From Calcarisporiella thermophila CBS 279.70 (taxonomy: Eukaryota; Fungi; Calcarisporiellomycota), in NCBI RefSeq assembly GCF_041956535.1, contig NW_027192194.1, positions 1,005,103 to 1,069,102 on the forward strand: DNA of 64,000 nt, in the 5' to 3' direction. The position numbers were made by a program, and so were the translations under genes. Shown in pieces: positions 39,748-51,809 of the stretch; the first letter of the stretch is position 1, and each line of letters begins with the position of its first letter. The notes under the pieces were generated by a model, which ran no database searches, was not told where the DNA came from, and saw only the letters and a program-made list of their open reading frames with translations.

Positions 39748-41214
39748 ATGTCCCATTTCCTCATCCCCATCATTGCGATATGGTGTAGCTTTCTGGCCCT
39801 TATCTCCGCGGCCTCCGTCGCTGCCCAGCAGCTGAACTATGTGTTGGAGGTCCAGCTCTTCGAAGGCAAAGGCAATGAGGGGCAGCATCAAATAGCGTCC
39901 CTGCGATGGAATGCCTTGTCGTTGTCTCCCAATCCACCCACCTACATCCAGGTGATTATCCCCTGCTTTTGACTCCTATTTCTAGCGTCTTGTTAATACG
40001 ATGGTCTGGGGATCTCCTTTTCTAGGGCAATATAGCACTCTACGGCTCGGACTCCTCTTTCCCCTCATCTGCCCAGCGCTGGATAGCCGCGGCCATTTGC
40101 TCCACTTCCAATGTCGCACAGGTTCTCACCGCAGCCCAGCAGAATCAGGCGAGCGCCGTCGTCCTATTCGGCACTTCCCCGAACCAGTGCGTGCTCCCTC
40201 CCAACGCATCCTCTTTCCACCTCCCTCTTTTTCTCGTCCAAACCGGCTCCACACAGCAGATATCCGGGCTCGCCAACTCCCAAGGAAGCGCAAGGGGGGT
40301 GCTCCAGATCGCCCCGACCATGGAGAGCGATGAAATCACGCAAGATGTGGCCGCGCATGCTGGCTATGTGGCCTTGCTTACGTTGTATGTGGTGGGTGGG
40401 ATCATGATCTTGCTCTTTGGCGTGTTGGTGGTCTATGCGGTCCGGAGGAAGAGGAGGATGAGGGCCACCCCGATGCCTCCAGGGCCCCAGTTCGTCATGT
40501 CCATCCGGACCGATCTCCCTGGCATTCCCCGCGAGGTTGTGGAGAGCTTCACGGTGAAGCGGTTTATTTCCCGAACCGTCCCCCTTCATCCCGGCTCTGC
40601 CTCCAACGCGACCAACGGGGCCGCCCACCCGGAGCCCGACCTCCAGGCCACGACCACCCCGACTCCAGGGGCCACCATGGTCGAGGTGCACGCCTCTCCC
40701 TTGCCTATGTCGAAAATGAGGGCGTCGACCGGCACGAATCTCTTCTCGGAGTATTTCGCTAGCCACCTCCAGCGGCCTACGATGGAGGAGATATTGGGCA
40801 CAAAAGGGGCGGTGCCACAAGAAGAAGGAAACACGAGACGCCGGGGGAGAGTGACGCGGCAGAACACCGTCCAGAGCACGCTGCTGGATCCACAGCTCAC
40901 CTGTGCCATATGCCTGTGCGATTTCGAGGAGAAGTAAGTGCCCTTTCACTCCGTTGCCCAACCCCCTTCCCCTCCCCCTCACCCTGGTTGATGCTTTTAG
41001 TGAGCGGGTCAGAATATTGCCGTGTGGCCATGAGTATCATACCGCCTGTGTGGATCCCTGGCTGATCCGCAAATCCACCCAGTGCGCCATTTGCAAATGT
41101 GACTTTGCAGGGTTTCAGTATGCCCGGCCGCCCCCACACCTGTATTCTCCTGCCGAGGCGGATGCAGGGCCACTACCACCTCCTCCTTCCCCCCCTCCTC
41201 CCCCCCATCCGTAG
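39748..41214 (+). CDS. PA-TM-RING-H2 E3 ubiquitin ligase (RNF13/GRAIL/RMR-like), 3 exons; may extend to 41401 if a poly-C indel is corrected
   Basis: Signal peptide, PA-like AAQQNQASAVVLF, TM followed by RRKRR, CAICLCDFEE|NERVRILPCGHEYHTACVDPWL...CAICK. Confidence 0.88.
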
Positions 41215-41916
41215 GAGCGAGAGGGAGGGTTCCCTCCTCTGGATTCCCATGAGAGATAGGGCCTTGGAAGAGTGGCAGGATATTGAGCAGGGCGCCGAGT
41301 CTGAGCGAAGCCGTGTGGGTGAGCCGATCTGGCGGAGGATAGTAGGGCAAGGGCGGAGCACACTCGAGCGATGGTTTACCGGAAGAAGAGCGACCTACTA
41401 GATACCTTCATTCACTTAATTTAATGTTATTTCATGGTTATTTAATTTGCTATTCCCATTCGATAAACATATCGTCGAAGGGATCTGTACTATGTATTCA
41501 ATTCGAATGATTTGTATATTTGTACCTATTTATCCTCCCCTCATTCTCTTTCCTTCTTTCCTTCCTTCCAGCCTCGCTCTCTCCCTTCCCCCCTCTCAGG
41601 GCCCTCCCATCTCCGCTAGAATCTTCATTGACACTAGGCATGTGATCTATTTGGAAATAAAGGGTGGACGCATGTTCAGCTTTTCTTCCATTTTCCAACT
41701 AGCATAAATTAGCAACATAGACCTCCAAAAGACAAGGAGAACAACACATGAGTTTAAGAGACGAGGGGGAAATATTGAACAAATAAAAAGATAATAACGA
41801 AAAAGAAAATAGATATAAAAGGTATATAGAATTATTGAATCAAGCGTTTTAATTAGGGCGATGGGAACACATGAATGGGGGAGAGGAGGAGGAGAAGAGG
41901 GGAGGAGGGGGGGGGA

Positions 41917-42918
41917 TTACGATTTCAGCGAGGGGTACATCCGTGCCACGTCCTGATCCACGCTTGGCTCGCCGGCCAATATCGTCTCGAGATGGGGAGC
42001 ACTGGGTGTGTATTCGGGGGGCGGGTCTGCTGGGTCCAGTTCGAAAGGCAATTCCTTGGTGTAGGAGGAGCTCGACTCGGGCGCGTCCGTAACCTTGCCC
42101 ACGCTGCGGACCGTCTGCAGCAATATCTCGGTCGAGGGCTGGGTGGGCTCGTTTTCAGTTGAGCTGCTATTGAACCAGTGGCCATGCTCACGTATTCGGT
42201 GGGCGCCGCCGGAAGATATACTCGTCAAGGGGTCGGCATCGGTTTCGGGGCCGAGTTCGCTAGGATGGTGAGGCTGCCTGGTCTGGCCGGTGTCTTCTGC
42301 CGCTGGAGAGGAGGGCTCCCGGTCGGCTACCGGCCGTGGGATCGTTCGTTCGCCGCCTTCGTCTCGATTACTTGCAAGAGGGCCATTCAGAGAGGTCCCA
42401 TGGTTGGAGCTCGGGCCACGGCCTTCTTCTAGGATCTCTTTTCGCTGCCCCCTTTTCCTCTCTTGGGCCTTTCCCCTTGCCTCTCGCTTCTTCTTCCGCT
42501 TCCTGACGCGCCAAATCATGAGGATGGCGATGATCAAAATGGTCAGCACGAAGAGGCTCCCCACGACGCTGAATATGATGATAAATTTGTGGATAATTAG
42601 CTGCTCCTCCTCCAGTATCTGCCTCCCGGAAGCGAATTGGCTAATGAGGGTGTCGTTTGACTTACTCGGCGAGTGTTGGGCTTGATGAGCGGTCGTGAGG
42701 GGTGGCGAGGGAGTGGGCGTTAATTGAGAGGGAGAGGTGGTGGAAGGCGCTAGGCGGGGGTAGTGGTGATGCATGGATGGAAGGGAGTAGGAGTCGGAAT
42801 GGAGAAGATTCCACGAGTGCTCATGGGCGAGGGTGAAGATCGAGAAGGAAGAGCAGGAGGAGGAGGAGGAGAGGGTGAGAAAGCAGAGCGAGTAACTCAT
42901 GTAGCGCCGTACAGCCAT
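41917..42918 (-). CDS. Single-pass membrane protein with cytoplasmic PPxY motif
   Basis: 333-aa ORF; TM FIIIFSVVGSLFVLTILIIAILMIW then RVRKRKKKR; DPPPEY near the C-terminus. Confidence 0.65.
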   Translation of the reverse strand: MAVRRYMSYSLCFLTLSSSSSCSSFSIFTLAHEHSWNLLHSDSYSLPSMHHHYPRLAPSTTSPSQLTPTPSPPLTTAHQAQHSPSKSNDTLISQFASGRQILEEEQLIIHKFIIIFSVVGSLFVLTILIIAILMIWRVRKRKKKREARGKAQERKRGQRKEILEEGRGPSSNHGTSLNGPLASNRDEGGERTIPRPVADREPSSPAAEDTGQTRQPHHPSELGPETDADPLTSISSGGAHRIREHGHWFNSSSTENEPTQPSTEILLQTVRSVGKVTDAPESSSSYTKELPFELDPADPPPEYTPSAPHLETILAGEPSVDQDVARMYPSLKS

Positions 42919-44773
42919 GACTGGGCGGCCTTGCTTGAAACGCCGTCCGGCGGGTTAAACTTGGTGTCGAGAGCTAGAGGTGGTCGTCCGCTCTGCACCA
43001 ACGTTCTTTCACGCTTGCCGAGAAAAAAAAAAAAAAATGAAAAGAATAAAGTATAGAGGAAAAAGAGAAGGAGGAGCGAAGAGCGCCAAGAGATTTTCCT
43101 GAGAAAAAATAATCAAGGGGTTGGATCAATCTCCCAGTGCTCTAGACGAGATAATGAGAACGACGTCAAGGGGGATGACTAAAGACCTCTCGTAGAGAGC
43201 AGGATAAGTAAAGGGGGCTATAATAGATACCTATTAGTCCAGATCAAAAACATAGGAGATTAGAGGACCCAAGGGGATGCACGGCAATGGCGGAAAATTA
43301 ATCGAAGGGAGATCGGCGGGATGGGAAAGCAGGAGGGCGCAGAATGAGCGCAGAAGAGACCGCTCTTTTGTTGTGCAAAGAGCTGAATGACCGATCTTCC
43401 TTAAAGAACAAAAAAAATAGCCTCTTATTTTTGTGCAAGCTGGGTGTTTCTACATGGAAAGACTTAAGAGTCTAAGGACAAGCCCACCAACGCATATTGG
43501 CCAAAACTGCACCCCACGCAACCTCGGACTGTTCCTTTTTTTGCAATACCAGGCCCACGATAGTTCATCTGAAAGTTTGCCCGATTAGCCCATAGATGAG
43601 CGGCAGATAGGCTCGATTGCCTTTTGCCGACTTCATTGTCTTAGGCCTTTTCCTGCGCGAGGGGACGCCCTTTGTCCAGCAAGCCAACCATTTGGGTCAT
43701 CCATGATGGGAAACACGGATTCCAAGCAGAAATCTTGAGAGCGCAATCCCATCCATTCATTCATGGCTCAATCTCTTGGAGTACCAGAGGATTGGACCCT
43801 CTCGAGCTTGTAGAATAACGTCAAGATTGCACCTCCTTGTCCATGGGCATCCAAAGGGAGATGAATCTTCCACATTGCAAGTGGTGCTTCTACAAGACGG
43901 GACGGGCATTAACAGATGCCGGGCGGCGCATTGGTAAAGTCGCCGTGGAAGCTTTGTGCCTCCGGCCCAGTTGAGGCGAGGTTGGCTCGCTACAGCCACA
44001 GCCATGGGAAAGTCAGTGCCAGGGCTTGCCGGCCATAACAAAGACAGGATGCCTATACGGGCAGATATGAAATTATCGCGTGTCGTGTGGTTATGCAGGA
44101 AAACCGTTCTTGTGAGGCTACGGCACCACTAGAATGGGCAAGTGGCTTAATTAGTGATAGGTTCTACCGCAGCCGCACAAACCTTACTCCTTCCCTACCA
44201 ACTCTGTTTTAGCGTTTCTTGTCCGACGGCCCTTGGCGCTGCCCGGCGCTCCCCTTTCTAGCGAGAGCGGCCCCTTGGGAAGCATTTAGGCCATGAAACG
44301 AGGGGCTATGGGCTCTCCATGGCCATGTCAGAAGGCTCGGGCCTTTTAGTCTCAGAGAAGGCTCTCCCCGGCCAGGAGGGAAAGGGGGTGGCCCTGATCT
44401 GTCAAAGTCATCTAACTTCATTCTCCAGCAGCACTCAGTCTACACGTTCAAAAACAACAGAAAAACAACGGGGATATAAAGAAGAGTGATCAAATTTGAA
44501 CAAGAAAACAAAAACACTAGTATTGAAGGGGAGAGGGCAAGGTGGAGAGGAGCGAGCGCGGGAGAGCAAACAGGCAGAGCCACTTTCAGGGTAGGGAATA
44601 GGGGGTCCAGGGAGGAGTAAAAAAACAAACTAATTTTCAAGCGTAAAGAAAAAGCATAGAGAACGTGAAAAGGGCATATCAAATAAAAAATGGTTGGAGG
44701 AAAGTTACAAGGAAGAGGAGGTATAGAATAAAAAATATATATATATATATTTATGTATGTCTGTAGCTGGCTC

Positions 44774-45615
44774 TTATTTCGCGCCCTTGCCCTTTTTGAT
44801 CAGCCACTGGAGCGTGATGTCGATGTTGACCTGGTTCTTGGCCGAGATAGAGTAGCAGGACACCTCGCGATTCGTGATGGCCTTCAGATTCCTATAGAAG
44901 ACGTACCGGCGGGTTAGAGGGGTGGCCGGTGCTCATGCAGAGCAGAGCTACTTACAGGGCCTCAATCAACTCGTCCACCTTCAGCGCTTCGGGTAAGTCG
45001 TTTTTGTTTCCCAATACGAGAACGGGAATTCCAGCGAGCTGTGGGCGATCGAGCAGGTTCTTCAACTCTGTCCGTGCGATGTCGAGCTTCTCGTGGTCCG
45101 CTGCATCCACCACAAAGCTAATCCAATCGGGCAATGTGAGTCATGGATCGCGGAGCCTCCCATGGCTTCCTTCAATGTACTTACACAATGGCATTGACCC
45201 CACGGCAATATCGCTCCCACATACTCCTGAATCGCGGCTGGCCCCCGATATCCCAGAGTTTCATCGTGACGTTATCTTTGGTGAGCTTGCGCATGTTGAA
45301 GCCCACGGTTGGGATCATGTCTTCCGTGAAATGGCCCGACTACCATGCGCATTAGGATGATGAATGAGAGGGTCTATCGAAGCGAGAGATCGCTGGTGTA
45401 CTTACTGCAATGACATTGACAAGGGTCGTCTTGCCGCTATTCTGAAGGCCCACCAGCGTAAGCTCCATCTCCGTCTAGATAGAGAAAAAACAAATAAATA
45501 TCCAGGGCAATGCATGTACTCCATCTCGCCGAGGAAATCCCCGCGAGGATGATCACCCAACCTTAAAGAAGAGGCTTCGAAGCCAATCGAGTAGCGATTT
45601 TATTATGGAGGTCAT
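44774..45615 (-). CDS. ARL8: Arf-like small GTPase Arl8, 5 exons
   Basis: [11 protein letters not shown]|[78 protein letters not shown]. Confidence 0.95.
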
Positions 45616-46039
45616 TTCGGGTGAAGATGATGCAAAGTTGGTAGAGAATGGCGAGAGGGAGAGAGAGAAATGGACAAAAATGAAGCTGCACAAAAGGAGT
45701 AAGAGGACCGCTCGCGTGCGGACCAATCACCGCCCGAGTTCGCTCCTTCAATTTTTTTTTGCTTTTTATATTCACGCATCAGAAAACCAGAAAAGGGGGC
45801 CAGCGCAAAGGGGAAGCGCTTGAAGGGCCAAAGGAGAAAAGCAGTGCGTGATTGGAGTGGAGGCGGGCTGAGCGAGGCAGGCCACCCTAGCCCTCTTCTC
45901 TTCTGAAGCAGCAGTTGTCTTCTGAAGGCATTTCGCAGCCGGCTAAGCCACCGCTGCGCTGAAACTCGGCCAAGGTTGGGGGAGAGCAAATAGATTCCCT
46001 CTCTTCATCGTCCCTCTCCGCCAGCGAGCTCTTCCCGCC

Positions 46040-47896
46040 ATGCCTGACAGCCTCTTCGGATCGGACGCTTCCGATAACGAAGACCACCATACCTCCAAAA
46101 TCGCTCAGACAAGAGACAATGCGCACGCCCCCGAACCATCGCCCAATAATGGCGATTTCCCCTCCGTAAACGATACTGATCGAATGGCGGCCGATCCTCA
46201 ATCCGATGCCGAGGCCGCATCTCCACGCAGTGTACAAAGCAATCTTTTTGGATCCGAGGATTCAGACGTCGAAGACGGGGCGCCCGCCCCAGCTGACGCC
46301 GCCTCTTTCGAGAATTCAAAATCGAATGATTTATTCGAGGGCAAAGAAAACGAGGACGATGCAAGTGCAAAACATGCAGAAAGAAAACTGAGGGACGACT
46401 TGTTTGGAAGCGATGATGAAGATGAGAAAGAGGATGAGGATGACATGATGGAACGGAGAAGAGAAAAGGAGAAGGAGAGATTCCAATACCCGATGGAGGA
46501 CGAGGAGGATATGAGCGAGGAGGAGCAGGAGGAGGAAAAAGTGGGATATATCGAAATGGTGGATGGAAAGCCCCCTAGATCGTCAGAAGACAAGGTTAGT
46601 GATTTAGTGAACATGTTGCTTGTAGGGCAGACCCACTTACTCACTAGGAGGCGCACAGTATTATTTTTGTAAATTGCCCAAATTCCTCTACACAGAAACG
46701 GCCCCCTTTGATTCTGACGCGTACGAGCCATACGAGCCCGAAGAGGAAGAGCGCATTAGCTCAGCGTCGCAAAGAATTAAGTTACTGGTGGAAAATACAA
46801 TTCGTTGGAGAGAGAGGATGGATGAGAACGGAAACATGGTAAGCGATTTGATAGCGCGGCACGACTTCACGAGCTATTAAGATCATGTTTTCTCATTTCT
46901 GGCGCTTTTGTAGGTCAAGCAATCCAATGCCCGGTTTGTTCGCTGGTCCGATGGTTCCACCTCGCTGCTTCTGGGCGACGAGCTCTTCCAAGTGACCACT
47001 GCAGAAACCACGAAGAATGACCACCTTTTCCTCGCCTCAGTGCGCCGCGCAAACGCACAGATCCTAGGAACCGATGTTGCGCTGACCCACCACATGATGT
47101 TCAAACCCTATGGCACCAGCAGCCAAACCCATCTCAAACTAACGGCCGCGATTGCCGGAAAACATAGCAAAAGTGTCAAGGCCCGAATGCACAATTTACT
47201 TGAGGACCCAGAGAAGATCAAGCTGGAAATGGAAAAGGTAAAGGATCGACTTGCTCTCTATGTTTTTTTATTTAATTCGCCGACTCTTCATCTTTTATTC
47301 ATACGTTTGGGGGTTTATTACAGAGAGAAGCAGAAAGGCTCAAGATGCTGCGAAAGCAGGAGAACCAGCAACGTGCTCGGGCAGCAAGGTATTCTGTTGG
47401 CATGCCAGGCTCTCGTGCCGACGTTTTCCGCGACTACGGCGATTTGCCATTGCGCCGTGTTGGCCGGTTTGCGACCGAGGATGGCTATGACGAGGACGAT
47501 TTTGTCGTGGGTGATGAAGAGGAAGAAGAGGACGAAGAGGCAGAGCGAAGAAAGGCAGATCGACTGAACCATCTGAAGAGGTCGGGAATGGAGCGATATA
47601 AGGAGCGTCGTGAAGCAGAGGAGGAAGAGGAGGAAGAGGAAGAGGACGATGAAGACTTTGTCGCAGGAGGAGAAGAGGAAGGGGATGAAGGGGGAGAAGA
47701 AGAAGAGGAGGAGGAGGAGGAGGAGGAACGAGTAGAAAGGAGGATGGATACGAGGAGAAGATCGCCGACCAAGAGGCGCACCCCCGAGCCTGAATTTGAG
47801 GCGGGAGAGGAGGTGGAGGAGGAGGATGAAGAGGAGAGGGTGATGATGCGAAAAGGAAAGCGGAGGCGTGTGCTTAGCGAAGACGAGGACGAATAG
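46040..47896 (+). CDS. LEO1: Paf1 complex subunit Leo1, 4 exons
   Basis: DLFGSD repeats, KLPKFL...PFD, VENTIRWR, QSNARFVRWSDGSTSLLLGDE, acidic tail. Confidence 0.92.
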
Positions 47897-48211
47897 AATA
47901 AACAAAAACTACACTTTTTTCTTCCCTTTCAAAAATAGTTTTCAATTACTTTCACGTTTTATCATCGAGGATGTCTGTTACTTGTATTAATACATGCGGT
48001 TTTTTCTTTGCAGACTCGTCAATTCTGGCACTCCTGCGGATGCACGTGCTGGTCTATTTGGTATAAGCTTCGCCCAGGCCAATCAGCTCGCGAAATTAAA
48101 GTTGTCTTTAAGTTTTGTTGAGGGGACCCCTTTACTCTTTGCTTTGGTTCTCTTGACGAAAACTATTCTCCCACCCCCTGCTCCTCATCCTCCCCGCACC
48201 TGCTTCTCAAA

Positions 48212-49598
48212 ATGGCCAACTCCTCTGAATATGTTCTCTTTGTGATGGGCAATCCTCTCCTGGATATTCAGGCCAAAGTCGATGAGGATTTTCTGAACAA
48301 GTGACTTTCCGTTGCTGTCCACATCAAAACACGCATACCATGCTTACTACTTTTCAAATCATCCTTCTATTTACAGGTACTCGCTTAAGGCCAATGACGC
48401 CATCCTGGCTGCGGAGCACCACATGCCAATGTGAGTAGGATCTCAGCCTACATGGAATTCTCCCTCGAAAAGCATGTTAACCTATTTTGGCTCTCTTCTC
48501 CTAATGTAAATATTAGCTATGATGAACTTGTGGAGAAATACGAAGTTGCGTATGTCGCTGGCGGTGCTGCTCAGAATGCCGCTCGTGGAGCTCAGGTATG
48601 TCTAGAAGGCGCTTGATATTGTAGATACTTCGATATAAATCGATCCATCTCTCTGCGTTCTAGTACTTGCTTCCCCCCAATTCCACTGTTTACGTCGGAT
48701 GTGTCAGCAACGATTCCTACGGTGAACAGCTCCGCAAGGTCAGTAATGCAGCGGGTCTTCGTACCGAGTACATGATTACCGAGGAAACCGCTACCGGAAC
48801 TTGCGCTGTTCTGATCACCGGCCATCATCGCTCCATGGTCACTCGTCTTTGCGCGGCCGAGAAATTCTCCGTTGATCACCTCAAGAAGCCCGAGATCTGG
48901 AAGTTTGTAGAGGGAGCCAAGTATTATTACATCGAGGGATATTTCTTGACAGTATCGATCGAAAGTATTCTTACTATTGCGGAACATGCCGCCGAGAACA
49001 ACAAGGTAAGTTTAGGGTCGCTTTTCACTACTATATGTCGAGGACATCAACACGGATAATGGCATTACAACACGTTTGGCATTGACTTTTATTCTCCCTA
49101 TCGCTGTAGCTCTTTACTATGAACTTGTCCGCCCCCTTCCTTCCGACCTTTTTCAAGGAGCAGATGGAGCAAACCATCCCCTACTGGGATATTGTGTTCG
49201 GTAACGAGAGTGAGGCCGAAGCCTTTGCCGCTTCGCAGGACTGGGAGACTCGCGATGTCCGCGAAATCGCGCTTCGCATTGCCAAGCTTCCCAAAAAGAA
49301 CACTAGGCGGTCTCGCATCGTCGTCTTCACCCAGGGCACCCTACCCACCATTGTCGTCACCGGTGAGGGCGAGGTGAAGGAATACCCTATCCTGCCAGTT
49401 AAGCCCGAGGACATCGTCGACACGAACGGTGCTGGTGATGCCTTCTGTGGTGGCTTCTTGGGAGTCATCGGAGACAAGACCGACATTGACATTTCCGAGT
49501 GCGTCAAGGCTGGACACTGGCTAGCTCATCACTGTGTGCAGCGGTTGGGACCCAAGTACCCAGAGCCGGAGGAGAACATCAAATACCAGCCATACTGA
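48212..49598 (+). CDS. ADO1: Adenosine kinase (PfkB family), 5 exons
   Basis: MGNPLLDI, AGGAAQNAARGAQ, YYIEGYFLTV, NLSAPF, FGNESEA, IVDTNGAGDAFCGGF. Confidence 0.96.
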
Positions 49599-49856
49599 GT
49601 AAAAAGAGGCAACTAGGTGCTTGACAGGAAATGCGCAATAATCACTTCAAAAATCCAAAGTGTTTATTTTCTAATTTTTAAGACAATAAAGAATCCTCCC
49701 ACTTTCACTTGATTAAGCTGTTTTACGGGCTCGTTTTCGGGCCGAGCCTATTGAGATCGCTGCGCCCCCCAAACGTTTCAGCAGCTATGAGTTGCACCTG
49801 AAAATGTTGGAGGATATCCAGTAATAGCTGAGTATTGGTTGATCAACATCGACAAT

Positions 49857-51423
49857 ATGCATCCTACGACTAAAAAATACGTCGCCGATGGTAGGTGTTC
49901 GCCATTTTCATCGACCTCTGCCTGTCCTATGGGCTGATGGATAAGAAGAGGGAGGTGGGATGGGCATAGGTTTCCTTTTAGGGATCTAGTTGGGATGCCA
50001 AGTGGATCTGTTTGGACCCCATTCCTAGCTAACATTCCCATTTGACACTGCTTTCTAGTGGCCCTATTCGCAATCTCGCAGGTAGCCTTTTACTTTGCAT
50101 TCAAGTATATTCTTTCAGCAGCCGATCCCATGCGAGGGAAGAAGAAGGATGCCAAAGTTAAAAGCAATAAGATACTAGGAAGACTTGGGGTACATGTTTC
50201 CGTTTAACCGCTCTGTATCTGACCCTTGCTAATTGGGAGTTATCATTCTGACTGAATTCTTTGCCATAGATCAAGGATCTCCGATTAAGCGAACACGAGG
50301 AGATTATTGCCTCTGAGGTGGTGCATCCTGATGACATTGGTGTCACTTTTGCCGGTATGTAGCTATTGATTCACGTGCATGTCCCAAATCGATGGATCCA
50401 TGACCTCTTGTGAATGTGGCTTTAGAAATCGGTGGGCTCGATCCTGTCATCCAAAACCTGAGAGAATCCGTCATCTATCCCCTTTGCTACCCGCAGCTCT
50501 TTACGAATGCTTCTGGGTTGCTAGGCGCCCCCAAGGGTGTGCTACTGTATGGCCCCCCAGGTGAATAGGACTAGTGCCGAATGAGTGGTGTTGGTTTGAT
50601 GTGGGCACTAAGCTGTCTGTCGATTTGCTTGATGGTTAGGATGTGGCAAAACCATGCTCGCCAAGGCCTTGGCTAAGGAGTCGGGCGCTACCTTCATCAA
50701 TATGCGCGTCTCCACTCTCACGGACAAATGGTTTGGCGAGTCGAATAAGCTCGTGGCGGCCCTGTTCTCGCTTGCCCGCAAACTCCAGCCCAGCATCATC
50801 TTCATCGATGAGATTGACTCTTTTCTGCGCGAGCGCCGCTCGAGCGACCATGAGGTCACCAGCATGATGAAGGCCGAGTTCATGAGCTTGTGGGATGGGC
50901 TCATGACGGGAGAGGACTCGCGGATCATGGTACTTGGAGCCACCAACCGGCCCAACGATATCGACCAGGCTATTCTGCGTCGGATGCCGAAACGCTTCGC
51001 CATCCCGCTCCCGAACGAGGAACAACGCAAGAAGATTCTTTTGCTGGTAAGTTCTTTCTCTGGGCATTCCCGTCCCCTTTCCACAGAATCCCGTAGTAAT
51101 GCCTCCCTTATCATCTTATCCTAAAGCTCCTGAACGAGGTTCCGCTCGAGCCCGGATTTGATGTGGAGAAGCTTGTGCGCCTCACCGACCGCTTCTCGGG
51201 AAGCGATCTCAAGGAGATATGTCGGAATGCAGCCATGGTGCCCGTCAGGGAATATTTGCGTACCGCTGGGGACGGCAGCGGTGACCTAAATAATGTTGAC
51301 ATTAAGGCAGGGGACATGCGGCCGCTTAAACTAGAAGATTTCTTCCATCACGACCCAAACTATGAGCACTCGTCAGCACATGTTCTGACACCGATCATGG
51401 ATGATATGCCTGCGCTTGATTAG
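49857..51423 (+). CDS. MSP1: Membrane-anchored AAA ATPase Msp1/ATAD1, 6 exons
   Basis: N-terminal TM; [23 protein letters not shown]|[47 protein letters not shown]. Confidence 0.95.
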
Positions 51424-51809
51424 ACATCCCTTTCTCCCTATATTATTTTTATTTTGTTTTATTAGCCTTTTTTTATTGGATTATACACATATATCCTCGA
51501 TCTCTTAACTTTTTTCTTTTTCTTTTTTCTTTGTATGATTCAAATCCTTAGAGTTATCCTTTGAAGCTTTTTCATGGATTTTAATTTTTTTTTATCTGAT
51601 AATTTACGCATCATTGTAAAAGTGCTATTTTCTCTTTTCTTTTCTTTAAAAAAAAAATAGCAAAATAAAATAGAATGAAAAGTAAATTACGTATATTAAG
51701 CGGGGAAATGAAAAAATTAACATACATAGGGTTTTAGCATACAGATGAAAAGGAGGTAACAGATTAAGTATATCTAAAAGCTACAATATAAAACTCCGTG
51801 GATCACCCA

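Noticed and set aside
43000-44450. Long intergenic stretch with short ORFs (also 38500-39740)
   Set aside because: No coding signature or ncRNA box structure recognised; likely promoter or UTR sequence
49727-49749. GGCTCG...CGAGCC hairpin between ADO1 and MSP1
   Set aside because: A 6-bp stem is expected by chance and nothing else supports it
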